Shown here: positions 53,517 through 64,000 of the stretch, one piece after another
How positions within the stretch are numbered: position 1 is the stretch's first letter
Layout: each line of letters starts with the position of its first letter
Source of the DNA: Vitrella brassicaformis CCMP3155
Taxonomy: Eukaryota; Protista; Chromerida
Reading direction: 5' to 3'
Length of the DNA stretch: 64,000 bases
NCBI GenBank assembly: GCA_001179505.1
Contig: CDMY01000086.1
Span: 62,001-126,000, forward strand
Program-made: the position numbers and the translations under genes
The notes under the pieces: model-generated
What the model saw: only the letters and a program-made list of their open reading frames with translations
Database searches by the model: none
Told to the model about the DNA's origin: nothing

Positions 53517-56500
53517 TCAGTAGCCGAACTGGGTGATCTGCAGACCGATGTGGCCGTCCTCAGGGCCCCTGAGGCACACACACATATGGCACACAAACAG
53601 GCGTGTGGCAGGCAGTGAGACACATATGGCATGTGATGTGCAGTGCGTACTTTTGTCCGTATCGCCCCCTGGCGGTCCATGCGGGGCCCTCGTTGGTGCT
53701 GGGCAGGTTGTAAGTGCCCGGCCCCGGCGTAGATGATCTCTCCGTCCAGCCACGAGCACCGCTACCCATGCTGCACAATGATGAATGGCACACGCACACA
53801 CACACACACACATGATGCATATGAGGAACAGCAGGGCGGGACATCCATTGGCCCACCCCCATTTGGGCCCCGGAACACCGTCATGCAAACTGTATGTGCC
53901 TGCACAATGCACACAAGGCGGATTGGACTCGTTTGGGCAGCGAGGCTTTGCGTGTCTCACTCACTCACCAGGGCCCGGTGTCTGGGGAGCGGAGAGGCCG
54001 CCACGCTGAGCACCAGAACCAAACCTGTACGGAGGCCAGCCACAAGGCAGAGGGAGACACAAACAAGGAGGCGGTGTCTCTTGTGTCTGTATGGGTTCAC
54101 TGGTGCCGTGAGTGGCTGTGTGTGTGTGGTGGCTTACCCGAATTGCGGCGGCGCGTGTCCGAGGTATCCAGGCTGATACGTCCCGGGGCTATAGACATAC
54201 ATACATACGGCAACATAGACACCAATAGAGAGTTCCTTCTCTTGGTTGACCACAGCGGCCGGTGCGTGCGTGCCTGCCGTGCTTCCCTCACCCCGGTGTG
54301 AAGTTGCGGTCTCCCAGCGCATGTCGGCCACGGATTGAGTAGTGCGGCCCGGGGGTCGAATCGTACAAGTTGTAGGTGCCTGTCAATAAGACATCAGCAT
54401 TCATTCGTCGTAATATATTAGCCAGTGTGTATGGCCGGCCAGTGAGACTCACCCGGCCCAGGGTAGCCCGAAGCCTTCATGGCGTCACGGTTACCTGAAG
54501 ACAGTAGTGGGGGTGAAAAGAGCAATACACACACACACAGTAGGGCCCGACCCCTTCCGTCATGTCCCTCATGCATCCCTTGGTTCACCCACCTGTCCCG
54601 AAGCCCCAGTTGGGACTGGAAGGACGCGATTGCCCAACTGGGTGGCACATACACAACACACGTGGATCGGGAAGGATATGTGTCTCTCTGTCTCTGCGCG
54701 TGTGTGTGTGTGTGTGTGTGTACCGGCGGGGTTATAGGCACCGGGCCCTGGGCCTTGAGCACCGGCCAAATAGGCACCTTTGCCGGCGAAGCTGAGCCAC
54801 CCACCCATGACAACACACACAGGTCAACGCATGGTGCCTCTGCCTCTCCTTGGGAGCTGTTGGCTGCCCACCCACCNNNNNNNNNNNNNNNNNNNNNNNN
54901 NNNNNNNNNNNNNNNNNNNNNNNNNNNNNNNNNNNNNNNNNNNNNNNNNNNNNNNNNNNNNNNNNNNNNNNNNNNNNNNNNNNNNNNNNNNNNNNNNNNN
55001 NNNNNNNNNNNNNNNNNNNNNNNNNNNNNNNNNNNNNNNNNNNNNNNNNNNNNNNNNNNNNNNNNNNNNNNNNNNNNNNNNNNNNNNNNNNNNNNNNNNN
55101 NNNNNNNNNNNNNNNNNNNNNNNNNNNNNNNNNNNNNNNNNNNNNNNNNNNNNNNNNNNNNNNNNNNNNNNNNNNNCCACCCACCCGTATTTGGGGCCGT
55201 CCCCGACGGTCGACGGACGATTGTATGTGCCTGCACGATGGATGGATGATACAGCATACAGGCAGAGCAGGGCACCCGTGCATGCATTCCTTGGTGACTT
55301 GTCTGTCTGTCGAGTCAGTGACCTTACCTGGGCCGGGTACGAAGTTGTCCGTCCGGGGATCATATCTGCCTTTCACAGACCACTTGGGGCCCTCGTTGGT
55401 GCCCCCGAGGTTGTAAGTGCCCGGCCCCGGCGTTGTGGATCGGTTTATCCAGCCACGAGCACCGCTACCCATGCTGCACAAACAATGAACGTACGCACAT
55501 GTGCGAGCGAGCGACGGACAGCAGCCGAGCATCCTGAGCAATATTGGCTCACCCCCATTTCGGAGCGCCGTCCTGAGGATTGACCGAGTATGTACCTGTT
55601 TGCCCAACACACATGGAATGGACGGATGGACGCATGCATCCATCTACTCGTGAGCTGTGTGTCAAGGCGGCAGCGGCTTGCCTTCCCTCACCTGGGCCAG
55701 GTGTCTGTGGAGCCGAAAGACCGCCACGCTGAGCACCAGAACCAAACCTGCACGCCACGCCACGCCACGCCACACCAAAGCATCAGAGACACGCACATGT
55801 TTAACATAAATCACACAACGTTGCGGTGCTGAGCGGCTCTCTCTGTTCTGTGTCTCGCTTGTCGGTGTGGCTGCATACCCGAATTGAGGTGGCGCGTGTC
55901 CCATGTACCCGGGCTGATAAGTCCCGGGGCTATAGCATAACCGCATTCACATACACAGACAGACAGGTATGGTAGGTGAGCCCTCCTCCTTTCCTCCGTC
56001 ACAGCGACTGTGCGTCTGCTGGCTGGCTGTCTCTCCCACCCCCACCCACCCCGGTGTGAAGTTGCGGTCGCCGAACTGATGTCGGCCGCGAAGCGAGTAG
56101 TGCGGCCCGGGTGCGGCATCCTGCAGGTTGTAAGTCCCTACACACACCACACGCAGAGCCACACCCACCAGCATTCATGAGGGATTTTGTCGACAGGGAG
56201 TGAGGCGCACCTGGCCCAGGGTAGCCCGAGGACTTCATGGCGTCACGCTGGCTACTGCCGAATCTGCAGTCAGTGCACAGCGCAAGCGCATCAACCAACC
56301 AACCAACCAGTCAGTCAGGTGTGGGCAGATTGCTACGCTGCGTATGTGCATACCCATATTTTGGTGGCGATGAGCAGCGGCCGTCGAGCCCGGGCTGACA
56401 CAAAGGATCACATCAGAGGGGGCATGCACTGCACTCATCAATGCATCCATCCATCGGATGGTGAGTGGAGACGAGTCCTACCTGGTAGGCTCCGGGGCCC

Positions 56501-56763
56501 TGTACAGTGCGTGAGAGACGGACAGACAAAAAAAGACAGCAAGTCATCTCTCAAGTCCCTCCCCCATTCGTCCTGCTTACTACTTACCGGAGCCCCAGCA
56601 GAAACACGGCCCTCGCTCCGACCTGGCCACAAAAGACCGGCAATGCAAAGCCCCATACACACCTGCCTCGTGTGGGAAGTTCTCCTGTACCTTTGAAGGA
56701 CCATTTGGGTGAGGTGCGAACATTGGAGAGGACGGTGAGGAGCTGCTCACCCGACCTGGGCAT
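53517..56763 (-). CDS. ODF3/SHIPPO-like sperm-tail PG-rich repeat axonemal protein, many small exons; spans a gap
   Basis: Repeated PGPGxY motifs (TPGPGTYN, PGPGAYNP, GYPGPG) alternating with P[KA]W[ST] and HYSL.GR motifs; start MPRSGEQLLTVLSNVRTSPKWSF. Confidence 0.82.
53690..56240. repeat. Internal duplication of a multi-exon module, offset about 1.70-1.76 kb
   Basis: Anchor pairs 53706/55409, 53749/55452, 54001/55724, 54293/56051 and 54461/56220. Confidence 0.85.
54877..55176. other. Assembly gap (300 N)
   Basis: N run flanked on both sides by ccacccacc. Confidence 0.99.
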
Positions 56764-56951
56764 TGTGGTGTGGGAGGGGGGAGGGCAAGGAGCCAGTCAA
56801 GCACTGCCTGCCTGCTTCGTTTTCAAAGCGATGACAACACTGACGACCGACGTTCCTGACGCCAGGAAGGAGCGGAAGGAGAACTGCCCCCCGGGATAGG
56901 AATCGAACTGTGAAACCTTCCGGGGGCGACCCGGGCTGGCCGGAATCGACT

Positions 56952-57946
56952 TCAGCGCATCGTCTCCGTAATGTTTTGAAAGTATGTACAGGCTGAGAGG
57001 AGCGAGAGCAGCGCAGCGACCCACAGACAACCCACCCCTACTCGCCACGTCAGACACACGGCCAAGCTCCCGCCCTGCATCATGGACCCTACTACCCCCT
57101 CAGTGGTGCCATCCCTCCAGGAGGCCAGCAGCAGGAGGCCGGCCACCATCTGGGCTGCCGTCTTGAGTTTGCCCGTCCAGTTGACCTGCACCGACTCGGC
57201 CTGCCCCCGCAAGGCCATCCACTCCCTCAACGCCGACACACCTATCTCGCGACACACTATGGCTATCGACGGAATGGCCAGCGATGCCCCGTGGTAGGGC
57301 AGGGCACACCCCACTCGGCTCACCAGGCCGATCAGCACCGTCGCCACCAGCAACTTGTCGGCCACAGGGTCAAGAAAGGCACCAAATGCAGACGACACGC
57401 CTGGGGCATACCACGCATACGTGCCGCGTCAGACACAGACAGACAGACAGGGACAGACAGACAGACAGACAGACACGAGCGTCACCATTCCATTCAGGCC
57501 ATTCACTTCTCTCTCTCTGTGTGTGTGCGTGTACCCAGTGCGCGAGCGAGCCATCCGTCGAACCAGTCGGTAAGGCATGCGAAGCCGAAACACACACACG
57601 TCCACAGCCGGATCTTGTTGGCAGCCATATTGGATAACAGCAGGATGCCCACCACGGGCACCACCAGCACCCTCAACACCGTCAGAGTGTTGGGCAGCCG
57701 CACCAGCATCGCCCGAATGCAGGACGGGAGGGAAACGTCACGCCGCACGCCCGGGGCAGCCGCATTTTCGGCCACATCAGGGATGCGGCTCGTTGCCGCG
57801 TCAGGATCATCAGGCAAAAGATGCAGATGTGTCCGTCTCCTTTGTGGCATCCGGGTGCGCGTGAGCATCGGCGGCGCGTCCAGAGGTCTCCGCGGCACCG
57901 CTGTCCATGCCGTCCGAACGAAATGGGCGGCTGCACACGGGCTCAT
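56952..57946 (-). CDS. pgsA: CDP-diacylglycerol--glycerol-3-phosphate 3-phosphatidyltransferase (CDP-alcohol phosphotransferase) with N-terminal extension; a further upstream exon is possible
   Basis: LPNTLTVLRV, TDWFDGWLAR, SAFGAFLDPVADK, REIGVSALREWMA, GKLKTAAQMVA. Confidence 0.9.
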
Positions 57947-58191
57947 CTGAAAACACATAGACACACAACGGGGAAGCGTCGTGATGTGGGTATGCCCTCG
58001 CCAGGGCTCTCATTCATTCATTATCGTGGATCTCTCTCTGGTCTGTGTGCGCACACTCCGGCGTACCAGCAACAGGCTGACGGATGGCACCAACATAGAG
58101 AGAGATGAAGCAATGAATGAATGCTGTGACAAACACCGTGGCTCACTCTGAAAGCAAAACCAATGGGAAGCACCTCCGGTCTGCGGGAAGC

Positions 58192-58198
58192 GCGAGCT
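58192..58198 (+). promoter_or_regulatory. GCGAGCT(CAA) motif 36 bp upstream of the RPN12 ATG
   Basis: Lies in the PgsA/RPN12 divergent interval. Confidence 0.5.
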
Positions 58199-58233
58199 CA
58201 AAAAAGAGGAAGGAAGAAGCCGCTCTTGCTCTG

Positions 58234-59940
58234 ATGGCGACAGCCGACGCAGTGCAGGTGAATAGCAAAGAGCGTTTCGTATGCGGTTTATGTTTGTGCC
58301 GTGTCGCTGTCTGCCTGTCCTGTGTGCAGAAGTTCAATATGTTGCGCGAGGAGTACAACGGCGCGTGTGACATCAACAAGTGCAAGGCGCTCCTCAACGA
58401 GATGAAGGTCCTGATCGCCCAATTCCCCTCCGTCGCACTCCCACCCCCGTCAGAGGTACACACAGTGATTGATTGATAGATGGGCAGGGCAGGGCAGATG
58501 AGATGCAGAGATGAGATGCGGCAATGCAATGCACACACCACGCAGGGAGGCAGGGAGGGAGGGGAGTCCATTGCCCGGCCTCCTGTGTATGTGTCATGCA
58601 TCAATCTGTCAGGTATCTCAGAAGGAGCTGCTAATAGCTCGTGAGACGCTCGAGTATGGTGCCTTCCTCAGCGTTCGCAACGAGGACGTGCAGTCATTCG
58701 AACGGTGGGTGCAAACACACCACAGACAGACAGACAGACAGACAGACAGACGAGGGAGCCACAGATCCCATTCATTACCATACCATGGTGAGAATGTATG
58801 TGTGTTTAGGTACGTGGTGCAGCTGAAGATGTATTACTACGACTACAGCAAGGAGCTACCGCCCAGCCAGAGGCAACTCATCATCCTCGGCATGTACCTC
58901 CTGCACCTACTCTCAAGCAACAGGATTGGTACACACACACACAACTAAGCATACATTTGTGCAGCTGCAAACGGACCGGCACGTCATGTGGTTTGTGCCA
59001 CCTGTCTGTGTGTGTGGGTGTCAACATGCAGGTGAGTTCCACACTGAGTTGGAGTTGATCCCGTCTGAGTTGCGTTCGAACGTCAATCTCAAGTTCCCCG
59101 TGGCGCTCGAGCAGCACCTCATGGACGGCAACTACAACAAAGTCATCAATGCCAAAACTAACGTCCCACTACCACAATACAGGTAAACAGGTAGCCAGAC
59201 AGCCGGCCACGCGCTGCAGCACCCACCAACCACACACACGGACAATGTACGTGTGTGCGTCTGTGTGTGTGTATGTCAGTTTCTTCATGGACCGTTTGGT
59301 GTCGACAGTGCGTCATAAGGTGGCGGCGTGTCTGGAGAAGTCGTATCCGTCCGTGGACATCGCCTTTGCCCTCCGAGCGCTCATGCTTGACACCGAAGAG
59401 GTCACACACCCAGCCAGCCACCTTGTCTGCCTGCCTGCCTGCCTGCCTGCCTGCCAGGGAGGGAGGGAGGGAGGGAACCACTGACTGACACTGATCACAT
59501 GCCCGTGCGTGTATGTGTGTGTGTTTAGGATCTAAAGCGCTTCGCTGAGTCTGAGAATCAGAGGAAGCAGGAACAAGGTGCGTTCGAGATTCGGTGGGAG
59601 GTCAAGGAGCGGCTGGAGTTCCAGCAGGTGCGATGGATGTATGTCTGCACGTTTGGGGAACTAGAGGGCGGCAGGGAGTGCGGAATCGCAACACAGCCAG
59701 CCGATCGATCTCCCTGGCCGTTTTCATAGGGATGCCGGGTGCGTGTCTGTGTGTGTGTGTGTGTGTGTGTGGTCAGGTGATGACTCAGAAGCCCGAGATC
59801 AGTTCCACAGAGCTGCTCCACCACACCATAGGTAGATGCCCACACATAACACAACACCCTATCAACGATTCATCATGGCTGGTGGTGTGGACGTATGGAT
59901 GGCTGCAGCATACGCGACGGAGCTGGAGCGAATTGTCTGA
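58234..59940 (+). CDS. RPN12: 26S proteasome non-ATPase regulatory subunit RPN12 (PSMD8), multi-exon
   Basis: ELLIARETLEYGAFLSV, LKMYYYDY, GMYLLHLLSSNRIGEFHTELE, VALEQHLMDGNYNKV, FMDRLVSTVRHKVAACLEKSY, C-terminal YATELERIV*. Confidence 0.95.
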
Positions 59941-61057
59941 CCTCATCTGATGCTCTGTTGCGTGCGTTTCATCCTCTGCTTTGGCTATTACCATATCATT
60001 GGACTGTCTGGACACACATGATATGATGCACTTTTGGTGTCAATACCTTCATGAGGGTTTTGGCGCTCAACGATAGTTGACGTGTAAGAGGGTTGCAAGT
60101 ATTCCATCAAATGTGTCGCTCGATGTCTCGCAAGAAAGCAAGCAAAATCATAGCCAGACAGACAGACGTCGGTCGTCAACACTCGCCCGCCATACGAGCG
60201 AACAAAATAGAGAGGCCGACAGGCAAACTACGCTAGCAGTACCCACCTACTAGCTGAATTGATGACCTACGTCAACCACCGCACCCACCCACTCACTCAG
60301 CACCCATCTAGTGCACGTCACGTACCAACGTATCGCCACGAGGCAACAAACTTACACATGCCCGCAGTTGCACTGGTCTCCTTTTTGAGAGAGCCAGAGA
60401 CAGACACAGCAAGGCATTCACTCAATGGTACGCAACACCACACCACACCCACATGGCCATGGGTGACGGTTACATGCACCCCCTCATAGGATGAATTCAA
60501 AACCCAGACAGCACATGAGGCGGGGAAAACCATGTGACGTGACGGGGGGTGGGTGGGGGGGGGTGCCCCAGCCAGCTAGCTAGCACATCCATCCACGCAT
60601 ACCATCATCCACTGACTAGCCATACTCTGTTCCTCCCACTTCACTCATTAATTGATCCGACAGACCAACACCACCTGGCCGCCAGCGCGTGTGGGTGCGG
60701 TAGACGCGCAATCAGCATACGAGACAGACATCCAAACGCCCGAGAAAAACAAAACAAACACAACCCATAATTGATGACCTATCTGTCTCCGTGCCGTGCC
60801 GTATGTCTGCATCATACGACGAAAAATAAAGCGGGGGAAGTCTCCAGGGGTGGAACACCAAGCGGACCTAGCTGACTGACTGACTGACTGACATGCATTG
60901 CAACCAACGGAAAAGAACCTTCTTCGAGTATGTACAAGTCAGGTAGCAGTAAGTAGGTGTGACATTACAAAAGGCCAGCCAACCAGCGCCCCCCTTCCCT
61001 CCTCAAAGACCAGCGCACGTGTGTATGCATGTATGTATGTATGTATCACTGGATGGG

Positions 61058-63022
61058 CTACTTGCGCTGTGCGAGGAACGTCTCGCCCAGTTCCTCGAGC
61101 AGCTGTCTCACCTCGGCCGCGTCATCGGTCTTTTCGTCACCCCAACCAAGGGCAGCAGCCTTCATGTCTGGGGGTGAAGGCCCTTTGAAGCCCTTCGGAG
61201 AGCCATTGACGGGGGGCTTGCCATTGTCGGGCTTGTCGGGGTCGTCGGGCTTGTCGGGCTTGTCGGGGTCGTCGGGCTCCTTGCCGTCGTCGACAGGGGG
61301 CTTGCCGTCGACAGGTGGCCCTTTGCCGCCAGGGGGAGATCCTACAGGTGGCCCTTTGCCGCCAGGGGGAGATCCTACAGGTGGCGGCTTGTCGTCGGGC
61401 TTATCGGGCGTGCCGTTGTCGGGCTCATCGGGCATACCGGGCTCACCAGGCACCTCCCCAGGAGGAAGGCCGGTGGTGCTGGTCACTTCGACTGAGGGAC
61501 AGACAGAAAACAGCCAATGCACAGATTCAGGCAGATGCGCAGACGTTGAATGGGGGCAACTGGCTGGCTGCCCTGCCCTCTGTCAGCCGCCTCCCTGCCT
61601 TCCCCCCTCCCCTGTCTCTCATGTACGTGATGCGAGACTCGCTGCTCACCTTCAATGGTGATCTCCTTCCCGATTTCAGCCCCGTTGAAGGGGATGACCA
61701 CGAAAGTGTACACGCCAATCTTCTTGATCGCCCGTCGAGCAGCGCCGAAAAAGATGTCCTCAGCAGACCCCACGGCCCTGTTGCCGAAGGCCGAGAAGAT
61801 ACTGTGGAAGTCAAAGTAGTCCTGATACACATGATGGACGGATGCAAAGAGACGGGTGAGTGTGCGTGTGCATGTGTTGGTAGGTCAGGTGCTGTCTGTG
61901 TCGCATCACTCACGGGGTCACGGAAGGTGTCGTAGACAATCAACCGGTCTGCAGGCAGGCAGGTAGGGAAGGAGAGACACGCCGCCAGTGGATGCGTTGT
62001 GGTGTGATGAACTCGCTACACTTACGGTCGGGGTCGAAGACGAGGAAGGCAACCCCCTCCACACACACCTGCAGGCAGGCAGGCAGGATCACACACATCG
62101 TCGTGTATCACGGCAAGAATGCCTTTGTGCCCCCCCGCATGAGGTGACTTGCCAGCGGGCAGGCAGCAACAGTAAAGAGGACACCGGTCTTCTCGTCAAT
62201 CTTGACCTTGTCGCCGTCCTTGAGGCCCTTGTGCTCGCTGATATATCGATCCATCGGCCGACGGAAGGACGGCACACCCACAATCAAACAGCCGTCTGTC
62301 TGTCTGCCTGTCTGCCTATGCCACCCACCCATCCATACCTGAAGTCAACACAGATTTTGTCGAAGGTAGGTTTGCTGGCGGTGATGCCATCCGTGAGGCG
62401 CCGACGCGACCCGCCAAGGGGGAAGCCCTTTCCAGGCTTGTCATCGTCGCCGTCGTCAGTCTTATCACCGGGGGGCTTGCCGTCGTCGCCATTAGGGGGC
62501 TTGTCGCCGTTGTCGTCGCCATTAGGGGGCTTGTCGCCGTTGTCGTCGCCATTAGGGGGCTTGTCGCCGTTGTCGTCGCCATTAGGGGGCTTGTCGCCGT
62601 TGTCGTCGCCATTAGGGGGCTTGCCGTCGTCGCCATTAGGGGGCTTGCCATTGTCGGGGGGCTTGCCATTGTCGGGAGGTCCGTTGGGGGAGGTACCAGG
62701 GGGAGGAGGCCCTTTTGCGCCAGGGGGAGACCCATTTGGCGGCATCGGCTCAGGCATACCCAGCAGCTTCACAATCTGCAGCACGTCAAGCTTGGGCGTC
62801 ACACCTGAGAAACGACACACACACGCACCGTGAGGGAAGCAGTATCACCATGTTGAGACACGTCTCTCTCAGCGCTGGCTGACCCTTGCACAAGGGGTCG
62901 CGGTCATCTGTGGGGTTCACTGGTGGGGGATCTTTCTCGCCGCCCGTGCCAGTGGTGTCTTGCGCCCAGGTCAGGCTGGCGAAGCCCAGCAAGAGGGCGG
63001 CGAGGGGTCGGAGGGGGTGCAT
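61058..63022 (-). CDS. Secreted protein: signal peptide, two Pro/Gly/Asp/Lys repeat tracts flanking an unassigned globular domain
   Basis: MHPLRPLAALLLGFASLTWAQ; (PPNGDDNGDK)n; SRRRLTD; spliced core CVDFSEHKG...CPLVCVEGVAFLVFDPDHRLIVYDTFRDPDYFDF...IGVYTFVVIPFNGAEIGKEITIE; (PPVGSPPGGKG)2. Confidence 0.78.
61311..61376. repeat. 33-bp coding tandem repeat x2
   Basis: acaggtggccctttgccgccagggggagatcct occurs twice. Confidence 0.9.
62491..62610. repeat. Perfect 30-bp coding tandem repeat x4, with degenerate flanking copies
   Basis: attagggggcttgtcgccgttgtcgtcgcc starting at 62491, 62521, 62551 and 62581. Confidence 0.95.
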
Positions 63023-63281
63023 CGTGGCACGCCACACGAGCGGCTGAGAGAGGGATTGAGGACCAACGCCTTCGAAGAGAACTTTGTTCACAGGGCGGAA
63101 GAAGAAAGGAGGAGAACGCAAGTCCACGAAGGCGCCACCTTATGTGTACGCACTGTGCCGGCTACAGCGTACAAAGGCGTTTCACATGCGGCGTTGCATC
63201 GCGTTGAACAACCGAGATTGACACTTAGTGGCGATGGAACCTGGCCAGGCGTTTCCCTCCCGGGCCGCACAGCCAGGCTTG

Positions 63282-63289
63282 TGCGAGCT
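63282..63289 (+). promoter_or_regulatory. TGCGAGCT motif 26 bp upstream of the KMO ATG
   Basis: Lies in the secreted-protein/KMO divergent interval. Confidence 0.55.
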
Positions 63290-63314
63290 CGTGACTCAGG
63301 TCGATTCGACGAAA

Positions 63315-64000
63315 ATGACGAGTGGGAGAGACGAGGCTGCAGGTCGCGTGCTGGTGATAGGTGCCGGTCCGGTAGGATGTCTGCAAAGCGTCTTCCTTGC
63401 CCGCCGCGGCGTCCAGGTGGATGTCTTCGAGGCGAGGCCTGATCTCAGGCAAGACGCCAATCGATCAGCCGGGTAAGCAAACAAGGTGCCACCAACGCCC
63501 CATGCACGAACGGCTGGCAACCATGGTCTGTCGGCCTGCCTGTATGTATGTATGTGTCTTCTCTCTGCTGTGCAGTCGGAGCATCAACTTCGCCTTATCG
63601 GAGAGGGGCAGGAGTGCCCTGAGGGCGGTGCAGCTGGAAGACGCTGTTCTCCAAGATGCCATACCGGTCGGTCAGCAGTGAGATATATCTCTCGACTCGC
63701 TCTCTGCTGCTGGCCATTTCTGTCTGTGTGTGCGTGTGTGTGTCAGATGTACTCTCGCATGGTTCACCCTGTGCGAGGGTCGAGCTATGAGGTGCCCTAT
63801 GGCGAAAGGGGCGAGTGCATCTACTCAGTGGGACGCAGGTAAGTCCCCATGTAGGCATGGCATGTACCGCATTCACGGCCATGGCACGGCAAGACACTGG
63901 CGGCCCTGTTTGGTCATATATGGATGCATCTATGTACCTATGTATATTTGTGTGGTCCGTCCGTTGGCTCATTCATTCAGGCGTATCAATGAGTTGTTGC
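63315..64000 (+). CDS. KMO: Kynurenine 3-monooxygenase, 5' part; truncated by the window end
   Basis: VLVIGAGPVGCLQSVFLARRG.QVDVFEARPD, GRSINFALSERGRSALRAV, AIPMYSRMVH, PYGERGECIYSVGRR. Confidence 0.9.

Noticed and set aside
62491-62610. 30-bp direct repeats resembling a CRISPR array
   Set aside because: Head-to-tail copies with no spacers, a period divisible by 3 inside a coding exon, and no cas genes.
38524-64000. Apparent cluster of mitochondrial genes (ETFDH, rhomboid, CDGSH, PgsA, KMO)
   Set aside because: Interspersed with unrelated genes and no shared pathway; cannot be told from chance in one window.

Overview
Intron-rich eukaryotic genomic DNA. Short GT-AG introns packed with (TG)n, (GGAT)n and (TCTG)n microsatellites, together with the gene content, point to a chromerid alveolate, most likely Vitrella brassicaformis; this is an inference, not a database match. 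The supplied ORF track is mostly fragments and noise, so I assembled the gene models by hand from splice signals; outer coordinates are approximate where stated. About 22 genes lie between 7 and 64 kb: an SPFH/band-7 protein, a DnaJ protein, TRM11, an apicomplexan-type Orn/Lys/Arg decarboxylase, a heme oxygenase, a probable lineage-expanded hypothetical, a permuted papain-fold (LRAT/PPPDE-like) protein, a small secreted knottin precursor, a FAM135 lipase-like protein, a BTB protein, ETFDH, an EF-hand protein, a rhomboid, a GIG2/PARP-like ADP-ribosyltransferase, a double-CDGSH protein, an ODF3/SHIPPO-repeat protein, PgsA, RPN12, a secreted Pro/Gly/Asp-repeat protein, the 5' part of KMO, and two other hypotheticals. 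The first 7 kb holds degenerate duplicated exon-like modules. There are two 300-N assembly gaps. I recognised no rRNA, tRNA, CRISPR array or transposon. Highlights: (1) 18 of these 22 genes sit in nine head-to-head pairs, and all nine short intervals between start codons contain the motif (T)GCGAGCT; (2) a three-exon secreted cystine-knot prepropeptide that the ORF track never shows whole; (3) an H-Y-E GIG2-like ART domain; (4) an NCQHF papain-fold motif split by an intron.
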